Origin: an uncultured bacterium
GTDB lineage: Bacteria > Krumholzibacteriota > Krumholzibacteriia > LZORAL124-64-63
Assembly (NCBI GenBank): GCA_963727525.1
Contig: CAVSGO010000007.1
Location: forward strand, 2,272,001 to 2,336,000
Length of the DNA: 64,000 nt
Direction: 5' to 3'
Shown: piece by piece, positions 1 through 10,221 of the stretch
How positions within the stretch are numbered: the first letter of the stretch is position 1
How the letters are laid out: each line of letters opens with the position of its first letter
The notes under the pieces: model-generated
Seen by the model: only the letters and a program-made list of their open reading frames with translations
What the model was told of the DNA's origin: nothing
The model's database searches: none
Position numbers and translations under genes: made by a program

Positions 1-270
1 CACCGCCGCCGGATCCTCGCGCCGGAAGATGCGCATGGTGGCCCAGAGCGCGCGCAGCAGCCGCAGCGGGTTCTTCCAGCGCCCCTCGTTGATGTCGGGG
101 ATGGTATAGACACGCTCGCCATCACCGCCGGCGAAGGTATGGCTCTCTTCCTCCGGGATGATCAGGAACCAATCGTACCGGGTGTAGATGTCCTGCAGCC
201 GGCGCATCTGCTCGAGATGGCCGCCCAGCGAACAGACGAGACATAGCGTCCGTCCTCGTCTCTTGCGCAC
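1..270 (-). CDS. PssD/Cps14F (Alg14-like) polysaccharide biosynthesis glycosyltransferase subunit, partial (runs off window start)
   Basis: Manual translation (not in ORF track): VRKRRGRTLCLVCSLGGHLEQMRRLQDIY...LRALWATMRIFRREDPAAV. The 'CSxGGHLxQ' motif and 'RIFRRExP' are typical of the family. GTG start at 270 has GGAGA upstream. Confidence 0.8.
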   Translation of the reverse strand, partial: MRKRRGRTLCLVCSLGGHLEQMRRLQDIYTRYDWFLIIPEEESHTFAGGDGERVYTIPDINEGRWKNPLRLLRALWATMRIFRREDPAAV

Positions 271-656
271 CGTTGATCTCCCGAATTCCGACGTTTGCGG
301 TTCCCGAGCCGGCCATGCCATGAGAGTCGTCCGCAAGGATACCGGGTCCCGGCGCGGGCGGCAAGGACGTGAGCGATACACCGCGTCAGCGGGATGAATC
401 ACCTCACTAACCGCTGCGGCGCCCGCCGCGCGGTCCAGGTACGTCCCGGAGGGCACGGCGTGGCCGGTGTCGTCGTCTCCGTTCCAGATCCATGTATGCA
501 CGTCCGACTGCAGATCGCGTCCGTCCAGTGTACGAACGAGGCGTCCACGGGCCGTTGGCCCGTTCTTCTTGCACTCGCTCTTGCCGCCGGCCGCCGTCGG
601 CCCGAACCTGGAAGGAGAGCCCCGCCATCCCGCACACGACACGGAGGTCCTGCCCG

Positions 657-1412
657 ATGACACGCCTTCTCTCCCTCGTCCCCTTTGCGTTCATCCTCGC
701 CGCCGGTCCCGCCACGGCCGGCGTCGTCCTGAACACCCTGCAGGGTTTCGATGACCAGGTCCCCGGCTGGTCCGGCGGGCTGGACGGCCTTTTCACCGGC
801 AAGGGCGGCAACACCGAGAGCCTCCAGATCACCGCCGGTGGCCGCGTGCAATGGCACGGCGGCGGCGAACGCGTACGCCTGCACCTCTCGGAGGACTACG
901 AGGAGACCGGCGGGGCCGTCACCGACCGCAGCCTTGTGGGCCACCTGCGCCACAACCATCGCCTTGGCGCCGGCTGGGCCACCGTCACGTTCGTCCAGGT
1001 CCAGAGCAACGCGTTCCAGAGGTTGACCTCGCGCTGGCTGGTGGGCGCGGGGGCCCGCCGTGACTTCGTCGACGACGAGGATTGGCGACTCTCTCTGGGC
1101 GTGACCCCCATGCTCGAGGTGGAGCGTCTCTCGAGCGAAGGCGGCAGCACCGGCCGCGGCCGCCTCTCGACCTTCGTCATGGCGCGTCACACCCTGGCCG
1201 TCGGCACCCGAGTGGAGGCGATCGGCTTCTGGCAGCCTCTGTTCAGTGACTTCGCCGACCAGCGCGCGGTGGTCAACGCCGCCCTCGTGGTGCAGGTAAC
1301 CAGTGCCGTCGACCTGAAGGTAGGCTCGTCCATGGAACACGACGCACGGCCGCCGGCGGGCGTGAAGAAGACCGACTGGAGCACCTACGCGGGACTCGGC
1401 GTGACGTTCTAG
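657..1412 (+). CDS. DUF481/YdiY-family outer-membrane beta-barrel protein
   Basis: ATG at 657 with GGAGG RBS and a signal peptide; GNTES and 'HLRHNH...FVQVQSNAFQRL..R...GAG' motifs; C-terminal aromatic strand (LGVTF). Confidence 0.8.
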   Translation: MTRLLSLVPFAFILAAGPATAGVVLNTLQGFDDQVPGWSGGLDGLFTGKGGNTESLQITAGGRVQWHGGGERVRLHLSEDYEETGGAVTDRSLVGHLRHNHRLGAGWATVTFVQVQSNAFQRLTSRWLVGAGARRDFVDDEDWRLSLGVTPMLEVERLSSEGGSTGRGRLSTFVMARHTLAVGTRVEAIGFWQPLFSDFADQRAVVNAALVVQVTSAVDLKVGSSMEHDARPPAGVKKTDWSTYAGLGVTF

Positions 1413-1543
1413 GGTGGCCGGTTCCTCCGCACCGCCGGCGAAGCTCATGAGCGTCCGAACATGCCCTCGCGATCTTCAATTGCGAAACCCGATAAGGTAG
1501 CATGCGGCGTGGGGTCGAAATTCTTCGAAGGAGGAACACGATC

Positions 1544-3441
1544 ATGGTGCGCACGCTCGCTCGAAATGGACTTCTCGCCGTCGTCGCTCTCGTCGCGGGA
1601 CACGCCATCGCGCAGCCGCCGTGCGTAGACTACGCCACGCTGCCGCAAACCCTTGGTAGCCTGGGGCTCCATGATGTCTGCACCTGAACGGCCCGTCTCG
1701 ACGACGATCATATCGCGATCTTCGGCAACGGGACGCTCGATATCCTGGATGCCGGCGACGTCGCCGCGCCGCGATCGATCGGCTGGCTCGGGAATTTGCC
1801 CTACTATGGGCAGTTTCTCTGCGTTGGCGCTTCGACGGCCTTTCTCGCCAGTGGAACACTCTGGTTACCGTGATCGATCTCGCCGAACCGTCCGCTCCGG
1901 TTCTCGTCGGGACCGTCGACATGGGCGCGCCCGTCTACGGTCTGGCGGCCGCCCAGGGGCGACTGGCGGTCGATGTGCTGGGCGAGGTCCGCCTCGCCGT
2001 CATGGGCACGGGTCTGTGGATCGTGGACATCAGCGACCCGGCCTCGCCGCAGACGCTAACAGCCATCGACTACCCGACTGCCGTGAATTCCGACTATCGC
2101 CACGAGATCGACGTCCATGACGTCGTCGCCTATCCCGACCGGCTGGTCTATCTGGTCACGGACTGGGAACGGTGGGGCACGTTCTTTCCCGTCCGTTTCG
2201 CAGTCACCCAGAAGCGTGTTCGCGCCGTTGAGCGGCGACCTGGCCACCTTGACCACGCTTCCTGTGTCCCTGGTCACCGACCGTGGCCAGCAAGTTTGGC
2301 CGGATGGGCGCGTGCTGCTCGCGTCGTCCGAAAGCGTGGAGACGTTTGCGCTGGCGGACGTGCTGGTGGACAATGCCTGGGTGACGAATTTGTCGTCGAA
2401 CTACTGGTCGCAGGCCAGCTACGAGGGGGCCCTGGCGGGACCAGATTTCCTCTGTCAGATCGTGAGCATCGACGACGTGGATTTCGAGCGCACGGAATGC
2501 TGGTTCAACACGTCGCCGCACCAGCTACCCGTCACGGCCTGTTACGTCATGGAGGGCCTTGCCGACCTGAAACCCGCGGACGTCGCGATCCATCGCGACA
2601 CGGTGTCCTGAGCATCATCGACATCGCCCAAGTCCACGCACCGATCGTCCGCGGTTCGCTCGTGCAGGCGCAATTGCCGTCGGCCGTCTTTCTCGCCTGG
2701 GTCTCGAAGCAAGTCGTGGTGGCGGGTGGCGGCACGCTTTCCGTCTATGACGCCAGCGACAATGCCCACATCGTTGCGCGAGGTCGTCTGCAGACCGAGG
2801 CCGACTGGCTGGTGTCCGCCGGTCCGTCGCGCTGCCTGATCGGTCGCGCCGGCGAGGTGGCGCTCGTGGATCTGAGCGACGCGAACGTGCCGTTCATCGT
2901 CGCGACCCGGCCCGACTGGCTGCTCGGCTACGATCCGGTGGTCGAACTGGAGCACGGTCTCGTCACCTTCCTCGATGGCAACCTGGTCACGGTCGCTTCT
3001 CTCGACGATCTCGAGCCGTTCGGTACGCTCGCGCTCACGACGGGCGATGCTGAGCATTTGCGCGCATATGACGGGATGCTGGTGGCATCGGGAATCAATG
3101 GTGGCTGGGCCGACATTCCCGCCCAGTGCACGAGTACCGGCCTCGGAAACGAGGTGGCACCGGCGCCTGTCCTCGTGCTCGCGGCGTCGCCCAATCCCTT
3201 CAATCCCCGGGTCACGTTCAGCTTCCGGATGCCGGCCACCGGGCCGGCTCGCTTCACGATTCACGACCTGGCCGGCCGTCGCATCGCCGTCCTCCATGCG
3301 GGCCCCCTCGCGTCCGGGTTGCAGACCTGGAGCTGGGACGGTACCGACGCGGGAGGCGCGGCGGCGCCCAGCGGCGTCTACTTCGCGCGGTTGCAGGCTG
3401 CCGGCCGAACCGCGGTGGTCAAGGTGACGCTCGTGCAATGA
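1544..3441 (+). pseudogene. Degraded secreted LVIVD-repeat protein with C-terminal FlgD/T9SS-like domain
   Basis: Signal peptide after GGAGG RBS at 1544; in-frame TGA at 1685-1687; frameshifts near 1865, 2200 and 2605. Pieces read 'IVDISDPASP' and 'IDLAEPSAP', and the gene ends in SPNPFNP...WDGTD...SGVYF...KVTLVQ. Confidence 0.75.
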
Positions 3442-3634
3442 CGCCCGGACCGTGATAGGATCCGGTGAGTCGCACCCAGGTGGGGCTCACGTTGCTTGCA
3501 CCCTCGACGGGCTCGAGGCGCGTGGGCACCATGCCCTGGCATCGGTGCGACCTCGCGCCGTTCGCCCTGGGCGTATATGCTGTGGTGCAGGTCCAGACGA
3601 CAATCCGGTCAATAGATACGAGAGCGAGTCGCCC

Positions 3635-5866
3635 ATGCGAGCTTTCCCCGCGCGTCCCTGTTCGTGCCGTCGCGCACCCATGGCCGTCCGGTCAGGGGTC
3701 TTGTTACTCCTCGTGACCGGTGGCGCCTCGGCGGTGCCCGTCTCGCCAATCCTCGCCCCCACCGGCGAGAACGCGGGTGCTCAGCTCGGTCTCTTCGTCA
3801 GCGATGCCGGGGACGTCAACGGTGACGGGATCGATGACTTCATCGTCGGGGCGCCCGGGGCCAGGACCGGCGGCGTGGGCGCCGGACAGGCGTGGGTGTA
3901 TTTCGGTGGGCCGGCGCTCGACGCGGCGCCCGACCTCGTGCTGAGCGGCGAAAGCGCCGGCGACCAGTTCGGGACCTCGGCGCGGGGCTGCGGCGATGTC
4001 AACGGAGACAGCTATGACGACATCGTCGTCGGCGCCCCACACAACGACGCCGCCGGCTCCAACGCCGGCCGCGCCTACGTGTACTTCGGCGGTCCGTCGC
4101 TGGATGCCGTCGCCGATATCGTCATCTCCGGCGTCGCGGACAACGCTCAGCTCGGCTACGCGGTCGCCGGGGCCGGAGACGTCAACGGCGGTGGCGACGA
4201 TCTTCTCATCGGCGCACCCAGCAACACCGGCTCCCACGGGCGCGCGTACGTGTACTTCGGCGGCGCGGCTCTCGACGGCGTGGCCGACGTGACCCTCGCC
4301 GACCCCTCGAACGGCTTTCTCGGCTGGTCAGTGGGCCCCGCGGGTGATTTCGACGGCGACGGCTGGGACGACGTGCTCGTGGGCGGCAACACCCAGACAC
4401 ACGCGTTCCTCTTCCGCGGCGGACCCGGCTTCGACGGCGTCGCCGATCTCGTCTTCGCTGGCGATAGCGGGAGCAACCGCTTCGGCTACGGCCTCGCGCC
4501 GGCCGGCGACGTCAATGGCGACGGCTACGCCGACGTGATCATCGGCGACATGCATAACAGCGCCGGTAACGCCTACGCCGGCCGGGCCGACGTCTATTTC
4601 GGCGGGCCGGGCGCCGACGGGCAGGCCGACCTCGTCTTCACGGGCACCACCTACTACGGCATCTTCGGCCGCACGGTCGCCGGCGGTGGCGACCTGAACG
4701 GCGACGGCTTCGACGACCTCGTCATCGGCGCGCCGACGCCCGACTACGCGGGTCTCGGCCCGGGCCGCGCCTTCGTCTTCTTCGGTGGCGATCCGGCGGG
4801 CACCGCCCGCGTCGACACCCTCGCCGATGTCGTCCTGACGGGAGCGCACGAATCGGATCGCCTCGGCTCGCAGGTGGCCATCGTCCGCGATCAGAACGGG
4901 GACGATCGCGCGGACGTCATGATTGGAGCGAACCTGTTCGATACACCCACCGACACCGATGCCGGCAAATTCTACCTCTACAGCGTGCAGCCGCCGACCG
5001 CCCCCATCGCCGTGGATGACACGGACACGACGGGGATCGCCTTCACGATCGTCGTCGACGTGCTCGCCAACGATGTCGCTCCCGGAGGCGACCTCATGCC
5101 CGCATCGGTCATCGTGTTCGCGCCGCCGTCCCACGGTACCGCGGTGTCCAACACGCTCGATGGCACCATCGCGTACACGCCGGTGTCCGGCTATGCGGGT
5201 ATGGACACGCTGACCTACCTCGTGTCCGACACCGAGGGCGCCACGAGCGACGAGGGGACGGTCAGGGTGGAGGTCATCGATCCGCTCCCTTTGGCGGTCG
5301 CCGACACGTTCGCCACCAGCAATGGCGCGCCGCTCGTGGTGAACGCGCCCGGCGTGCTGGCCAACGATTCCGCGCAGATCGACGCGCCGCTCATGGCGGT
5401 CGCCGTCGTTGTGCCGCAACACGGGGATCTCGAACTCGACCCGGACGGCGGATTCACCTACACGCCGGCAGCCGCATTCGCCGGAACCGACACCTTCACT
5501 TACCGCGCCGTCCTGATGGGCGGTGCGTCCGCCCCTGCGACCGTGACGGTCGTGGTCGACTCCACGATCAACGTGGTCCCCCCGCGGTCTCGGCTGGTGG
5601 TGGCGCAGAATACGCCGAATCCGTTCAATCCCGCCACGACGATCCTCTTCTCGACCGGCGCCGCGAGCCATGTGCGCCTGACGGTCTACGACCTAGGCGG
5701 CCGTCACGTGGCGAGCCTCATCGACGCCACCATGGACGCCGGCGAGCACACCGCCGTATGGCACGGGCAGAACGACGAAGGCGCCACCGTCGCGTCGGGC
5801 ACCTATGTGTATCGCGTCGAGGCGGCAGGTCAGGTCAAGACCCGCACGATGTCCCTGCTCCGATGA
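3635..5866 (+). CDS. Secreted FG-GAP (integrin-alpha-like) repeat protein with two Ig-like (Big_9/tandem-95) domains and FlgD/T9SS-like C-terminal domain
   Basis: Seven 'GDVNGDGxDDxxVGAP'-type repeats; 'PIAVDD...DVLAND' and 'GVLAND..GGFTYTP' Ig modules; PNPFNP tail. Start could be 3635 or 3680. Confidence 0.85.
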   Translation: MRAFPARPCSCRRAPMAVRSGVLLLLVTGGASAVPVSPILAPTGENAGAQLGLFVSDAGDVNGDGIDDFIVGAPGARTGGVGAGQAWVYFGGPALDAAPDLVLSGESAGDQFGTSARGCGDVNGDSYDDIVVGAPHNDAAGSNAGRAYVYFGGPSLDAVADIVISGVADNAQLGYAVAGAGDVNGGGDDLLIGAPSNTGSHGRAYVYFGGAALDGVADVTLADPSNGFLGWSVGPAGDFDGDGWDDVLVGGNTQTHAFLFRGGPGFDGVADLVFAGDSGSNRFGYGLAPAGDVNGDGYADVIIGDMHNSAGNAYAGRADVYFGGPGADGQADLVFTGTTYYGIFGRTVAGGGDLNGDGFDDLVIGAPTPDYAGLGPGRAFVFFGGDPAGTARVDTLADVVLTGAHESDRLGSQVAIVRDQNGDDRADVMIGANLFDTPTDTDAGKFYLYSVQPPTAPIAVDDTDTTGIAFTIVVDVLANDVAPGGDLMPASVIVFAPPSHGTAVSNTLDGTIAYTPVSGYAGMDTLTYLVSDTEGATSDEGTVRVEVIDPLPLAVADTFATSNGAPLVVNAPGVLANDSAQIDAPLMAVAVVVPQHGDLELDPDGGFTYTPAAAFAGTDTFTYRAVLMGGASAPATVTVVVDSTINVVPPRSRLVVAQNTPNPFNPATTILFSTGAASHVRLTVYDLGGRHVASLIDATMDAGEHTAVWHGQNDEGATVASGTYVYRVEAAGQVKTRTMSLLR

Positions 5867-6007
5867 TGCCCCGGTGGCGCCGGCGCTCCGAATCGTCCAA
5901 GGCACGCCACTGCACATCACATCGGTTCGGCAGGCAAGGGACGGCGCGGCGTATTTCGTGATGACGGAAGAACGATCGCCGCCGAGTCTTGCCCGATCGT
6001 CAAGGTC

Positions 6008-6664
6008 TCAGTCCGGCACGCAGCTCGTGCCGAGCCCCTGGGCGAAGACCGCAAGGTCCCCCAGATCGATCTGACCGTCCCAGATGAAGTCCGATCGATA
6101 GTCATAGACGCCGAAGAAATCGGCGGCGAATAGACTGAGATCGGTGATATCGACCTGCAGGTCGCCGTCGATGTCAGGGCTGTTGATGTTCAGGGTCGTA
6201 CTTGGGCTGACAAAAAGTGACAGGTTGCATACAGCGATCTGCAGCCCCACCGGTCCGGCCATGTGAGAGCCGCCGCCAGCGAGAGAACCCGTGAAGAGAT
6301 ACTGTCCCGGCTCTGTACCGTAGGCGTGCGCGAACTGCTCGCCGCCGCAGAACGCCACCGCTCCGGTGAAGTCAAAGAGCCATATCTCGTCGAGGGCGAC
6401 GGATGTCAGGGGATTCCCGTTGGCATCGACCAGTTCGACCCTGATGGACTTGTCGATGCCAGCGCCGCCAAACGTCTGCGCCTGCGTGAGCTCCGGACCC
6501 TGGCCGTTGGGCAGGATCCAGATGGAAGCCTCGCCGAAGCTGGCAAACTCCCAGGTACTGAGCGCGTTATCCGGCAAGAACATACAGTCGGCGGCGGCGG
6601 TGAACGGCAGGAGCGCGAGAGCGCAACCGATGATCATGCCGCTCGTGATGGCTCGGTCACGCAT
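6008..6664 (-). CDS. Secreted protein with C-terminal dockerin-like duplicated Ca-binding motif
   Basis: Signal peptide; C-terminal PDIDGDLQVDITDLSLF ... SDFIWDGQIDLGDLAVF pair; GGGAG RBS. Confidence 0.7.
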   Translation of the reverse strand: MRDRAITSGMIIGCALALLPFTAAADCMFLPDNALSTWEFASFGEASIWILPNGQGPELTQAQTFGGAGIDKSIRVELVDANGNPLTSVALDEIWLFDFTGAVAFCGGEQFAHAYGTEPGQYLFTGSLAGGGSHMAGPVGLQIAVCNLSLFVSPSTTLNINSPDIDGDLQVDITDLSLFAADFFGVYDYRSDFIWDGQIDLGDLAVFAQGLGTSCVPD

Positions 6665-6872
6665 GGTGTTCTCCCATCTTGACGATCAGAAAATGACAGA
6701 CTCGAGTCATCTTCATGATACGGGGTGGCAAGCGACGGAATCAACCCGTCCCCGATCGCGGAGCCACCATCGAGGTGGGAGCGCCTACGTGCAACCACCT
6801 GGCGCACGGCCATACGACGATTGCTGCGTTGGCGCGCGTGGATCGCAATGAAGGTTCAGCAGCGGTTCCCTA

Positions 6873-8792
6873 TCACTTCAGCAGAGTGCATTTCTGATTC
6901 AGCTCCGTCGCGCCCGCACGCAGCCGGTACACGTAGGTGCCCGATGGCAGATCGCGGGGCTGCCAGTTCACCTCGTGGCGACCCGCCGCGAAGACCCCAT
7001 GTGCGAGACTGGCCACCCTGCGGCCGGCCATGTCGTAGACGGTGAGCGACACCGGCGTGGCCACGTCGATCCGGAAGGCGATCATCGTGGTGGGGTTGAA
7101 CGGGTTGGGTGAATTCTGCTCCAGGGAAACGGCCACCCCGCGGCCCGGCACGCCGGTGGCGTTCGACGTCTCGGCGATCGTGATCGACCGTGTCGTCTGT
7201 CCGTCCACGACGCAGGTGTAGACACCGTACTCGTCGGCCGTCACACCCGCGAAAGCCAGGCTCGGCGTGCTGGCGGACGGGATCGGCTCCCCGTCGCGGT
7301 ACCACTGATAGCTCGCCCCGTTCAGCTCGGACTCGATGACGAAGGTCGCCACCGCGAGGCCCTGCGATCCTGCGCCCACGAACTGATCGACCGTGCCGGC
7401 AATCGTGACGAGGCCGTTGGTGAACGAGCCGTGGTTCACGAGGTCGCCGTGCGCCGTGATCCGCAAGGTATCGGTACCGTCCTGCAGTGTGCCCTCATTG
7501 TCGAGGGTGCCATCGACGATGATGTCCGCACCCTGGAAGGACTGGCTCCGTACGGTGCCGGTGACCGTCAGGCCGCTCGTGAAGTGGTTCTGGCCCACGA
7601 CGTTGGCGTCGCCGAGCACGCCCTGATCCACCGTCACGCCCCCGATCCGCGCGAACCCGGTGACGCTGATCTCGCTGCCGTTCGCAAGCACGGTTCCCGA
7701 TTCGAGGCTCCCATAGCCGGCGAGCTCGAGCGAGCTGGCGGACGGCAGAATCAAGGTGCCGGTGCCGAGCACGACCGCGCCACCGATGCGCAGCGGCGTA
7801 TCGGCGATGAGCGTGGATTCCTGGATTTCCGCCAAGAAGATCGGCGCCAGCATGACTGCGTCAGGGCTCATGCTCAGGTGATGTTCGACACCCACTCCTT
7901 GCAGGTCCATGGTCGCCACGTCGATCGTCCCGTCGTCGACGATGTTGCCGGTGATGTTGAAGTTCAGGCTGTAGTTGATATCGTGGATGTACCCGTGATT
8001 GACGAGATCACCCTCGATGCTGATGAATCCACCGCCGCTGATCCCGCCTTCCGTCAGCTCGTCCATCACGACGAGTCTGGTCGTGATCGCCACATCGACC
8101 GAGGCCTTGGCGTCGCCGACCATGATCATGTCGTCGATCGTGCAGTTCACCAAGTAGGACCACGATGCGAAATGCACCTCGTTCCCGTTGGCGAGCAGCG
8201 CTCCCCTGAACGACGTGGCGGGCAGGGTGAGCGGACAGTTCGGCTGCAGGATCAGCCGGCCGCCGGTGACATCGAGATTGCCGCCGCAGCTCACGGCCGT
8301 GGTGGCAATCAGGTCGCCCGACGCGCCGGCGGCGAGGGTGAGATCCGTGGTGAATTCTTGGCCTGGGTCCTGGCTGAGGTAGCGCGTGCCGGTGCCAGTG
8401 ACACGGGTGTGGCTCGGCTTCCAGGCGCCGGCATTGTGGATGTCGCCGGCGATCTCGACCTCGAGATAGTACGAGTCGACAGTGCCGACCGCACCGCGAT
8501 TGTCGACGCTGCCCAGAATCTGCAGGCCCGGGGGCCCAGGAACGATCGCGGCGTTCACCGATCCAGCCGGCTGAACCGTCAGATCGTGGCACGGATCGAG
8601 TCCGTCGACGAGTACAGGCCCGAGAATCACGACGTCGTCGCTGCCGGAGGGTACGACGCCACCCGCCCAGGTGGATGTTTGCGACCAGTATCCACCGCTG
8701 GCGGTGGACGCGATGACGGCGGCCGATGCCGGTGCCGGAGATGCCGATGCAATGAGGGCGAGTGCCACGGCCAGGATTCGGCGATACATCAT
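6873..8792 (-). CDS. Secreted beta-strand-repeat protein with an Ig domain and FlgD/T9SS-like C-terminal domain
   Basis: Signal peptide; N-terminal 'GGYWSQTSTWAGGVVP'; 'YQWYRDG...YGVYTC' Ig domain; LEQNSPNPFNP...KCTLLK tail. Confidence 0.85.
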   Translation of the reverse strand: MMYRRILAVALALIASASPAPASAAVIASTASGGYWSQTSTWAGGVVPSGSDDVVILGPVLVDGLDPCHDLTVQPAGSVNAAIVPGPPGLQILGSVDNRGAVGTVDSYYLEVEIAGDIHNAGAWKPSHTRVTGTGTRYLSQDPGQEFTTDLTLAAGASGDLIATTAVSCGGNLDVTGGRLILQPNCPLTLPATSFRGALLANGNEVHFASWSYLVNCTIDDMIMVGDAKASVDVAITTRLVVMDELTEGGISGGGFISIEGDLVNHGYIHDINYSLNFNITGNIVDDGTIDVATMDLQGVGVEHHLSMSPDAVMLAPIFLAEIQESTLIADTPLRIGGAVVLGTGTLILPSASSLELAGYGSLESGTVLANGSEISVTGFARIGGVTVDQGVLGDANVVGQNHFTSGLTVTGTVRSQSFQGADIIVDGTLDNEGTLQDGTDTLRITAHGDLVNHGSFTNGLVTIAGTVDQFVGAGSQGLAVATFVIESELNGASYQWYRDGEPIPSASTPSLAFAGVTADEYGVYTCVVDGQTTRSITIAETSNATGVPGRGVAVSLEQNSPNPFNPTTMIAFRIDVATPVSLTVYDMAGRRVASLAHGVFAAGRHEVNWQPRDLPSGTYVYRLRAGATELNQKCTLLK

Positions 8793-8918
8793 GGTTCATC
8801 CCCTCGCCGGAGTGATAAACGTCTTTATCGGGGTAATGCGCAAAGCGTACCATATTTGTGTTGTATTTACAAACGTCATATGATCTCGAGATGGCGGGTA
8901 AACCTCATGACATGAGTT

Positions 8919-10141
8919 GTGCCAAGAAGAATGTTGATGAGGCTTCGCACCGCGATCTCGCCCGCTAGGCCCGACTTTCTCACTACGCGGCGTACGTCAG
9001 CTTGTGCGTCCGGTTCACCTTCAATGGCCGCGTCTCGACCCGTCGCCAGTAGTAGTCATCCCACAACGGCGGCAACTCGATATGCGACACGAACAGCCGC
9101 CGCGACAACACCTCCTCCTCGGTCAATGGCTTCGTGGCGATCCCGATCTGCATCGCCGGCGTGCTCCAGCACCGCTTCTCCCGACGCAACTTGATCGTGT
9201 TGCGCCACACCAGGAAGATCGCCAGCCGGTAGATCGAATGCTGCCGTCGCTTCCCGAACGCGATCGTCTCCCGCGTGTGGTCTTTCAGACAATGCCGCAG
9301 CAACATGTCCAGCAAGTTGACCTCGAACAACGGGTTGCGACTCGTCCGCGGCTGACGGGAGTCGATCGTCTCGTGGATCACCTTGCAATACCGTAGCTTC
9401 GCGATCGCGTAGGGATAGGTCTTGTGCTTGTCGCTCCAGATGTGGGCCTCGGTGGCGCCGTCGAGCGAGACCGAGAGCACCTCGAGCAGCGCCCGCATCA
9501 ACGACCTGGGGTCCGGCCGGCCATAGTTTTGTTCAAAGAGGGACCGTTTCCATTGCTGCTCGACGGTCATCGCCCCGCTGCGTCGCCGCTCGGCCTCGGC
9601 GAAGTGGATGATGAAGCTGGAGGGGCGATCGACGGCCGCGACGATCTCGTAGGGGAAGTACTGGGAGTGCTCGAAGGTGACGAGCCCGTCGATGGCGATG
9701 TCCACGAAGGGTGACGCCTGGGACACCAGGTGTCGATGGAAGAGGATGCAGTGTCGGCCGAGGCGGGCGAGGAGGTTGTCGACGGTCGTCGGCGAGGTGT
9801 CGAGGAGCCTGGCGATCTGGCGGTTGGCGGCGCCTGAGACGGCGTGCTTGTGGACCTTGGGCAGGAGATCGGCGCGTTTGAGCCAGTATGTGGTGCGGAA
9901 GGTCTGGTCTGAGCAGGTCCTGCCGCAGGCCAGGCAGAGGTAGCGCTGGACGGTGTAGGGCGGGGATTTTCGGGAGAAGGTGCCGAAGAGCGCGAAGGGC
10001 CAGGGTTGCGGCTGAGGCTTGTGGTATTTGCAGTTAGGGTTGGGGCAGTGGGGCGGAAGCGTAGGGCATGAAGTGAGTGTTTTGATGTTCATGAGGACGG
10101 GTCCAGGCAAGCGCTGGACCCGTCAACATTCTTCGTGGCAC
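8919..10141. mobile_element. Insertion sequence (IS1-like zinc-finger DDE transposase), 1223 bp, with 21-bp imperfect TIRs and 3-bp flanking direct repeat GTT
   Basis: Left end GTGCCAAGAAGAATGTTGATG (8919-8939) vs reverse complement of right end GTGCCACGAAGAATGTTGACG (10121-10141), 19/21 match. GTT occurs at 8916-8918 and 10142-10144. Confidence 0.8.
8983..10092 (-). CDS. Transposase, IS1-like (N-terminal CPxxxC...CxxC zinc finger, HTH, DDE-like core)
   Basis: CPNPNC...QRYLCLACGRT zinc finger; RQIARLL HTH; 'IAIDG', 'WSDKHKTY' and 'TPAMQIG' motifs; lies inside the TIRs. Confidence 0.75.
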   Translation of the reverse strand: MNIKTLTSCPTLPPHCPNPNCKYHKPQPQPWPFALFGTFSRKSPPYTVQRYLCLACGRTCSDQTFRTTYWLKRADLLPKVHKHAVSGAANRQIARLLDTSPTTVDNLLARLGRHCILFHRHLVSQASPFVDIAIDGLVTFEHSQYFPYEIVAAVDRPSSFIIHFAEAERRRSGAMTVEQQWKRSLFEQNYGRPDPRSLMRALLEVLSVSLDGATEAHIWSDKHKTYPYAIAKLRYCKVIHETIDSRQPRTSRNPLFEVNLLDMLLRHCLKDHTRETIAFGKRRQHSIYRLAIFLVWRNTIKLRREKRCWSTPAMQIGIATKPLTEEEVLSRRLFVSHIELPPLWDDYYWRRVETRPLKVNRTHKLTYAA

Positions 10142-10221
10142 GTTACAACCCGCGCGGCACCACCCTGGCCGAGCTGACCATTGCCTCTTGAAGGTGCCCT
10201 TCAGGTCTCCTGTACCTGCTG

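Noticed and set aside
1679-1690. Selenocysteine read-through (C-T-TGA)
   Set aside because: The same gene has several frameshifts downstream and I saw no convincing SECIS, so pseudogenisation is the simpler explanation.
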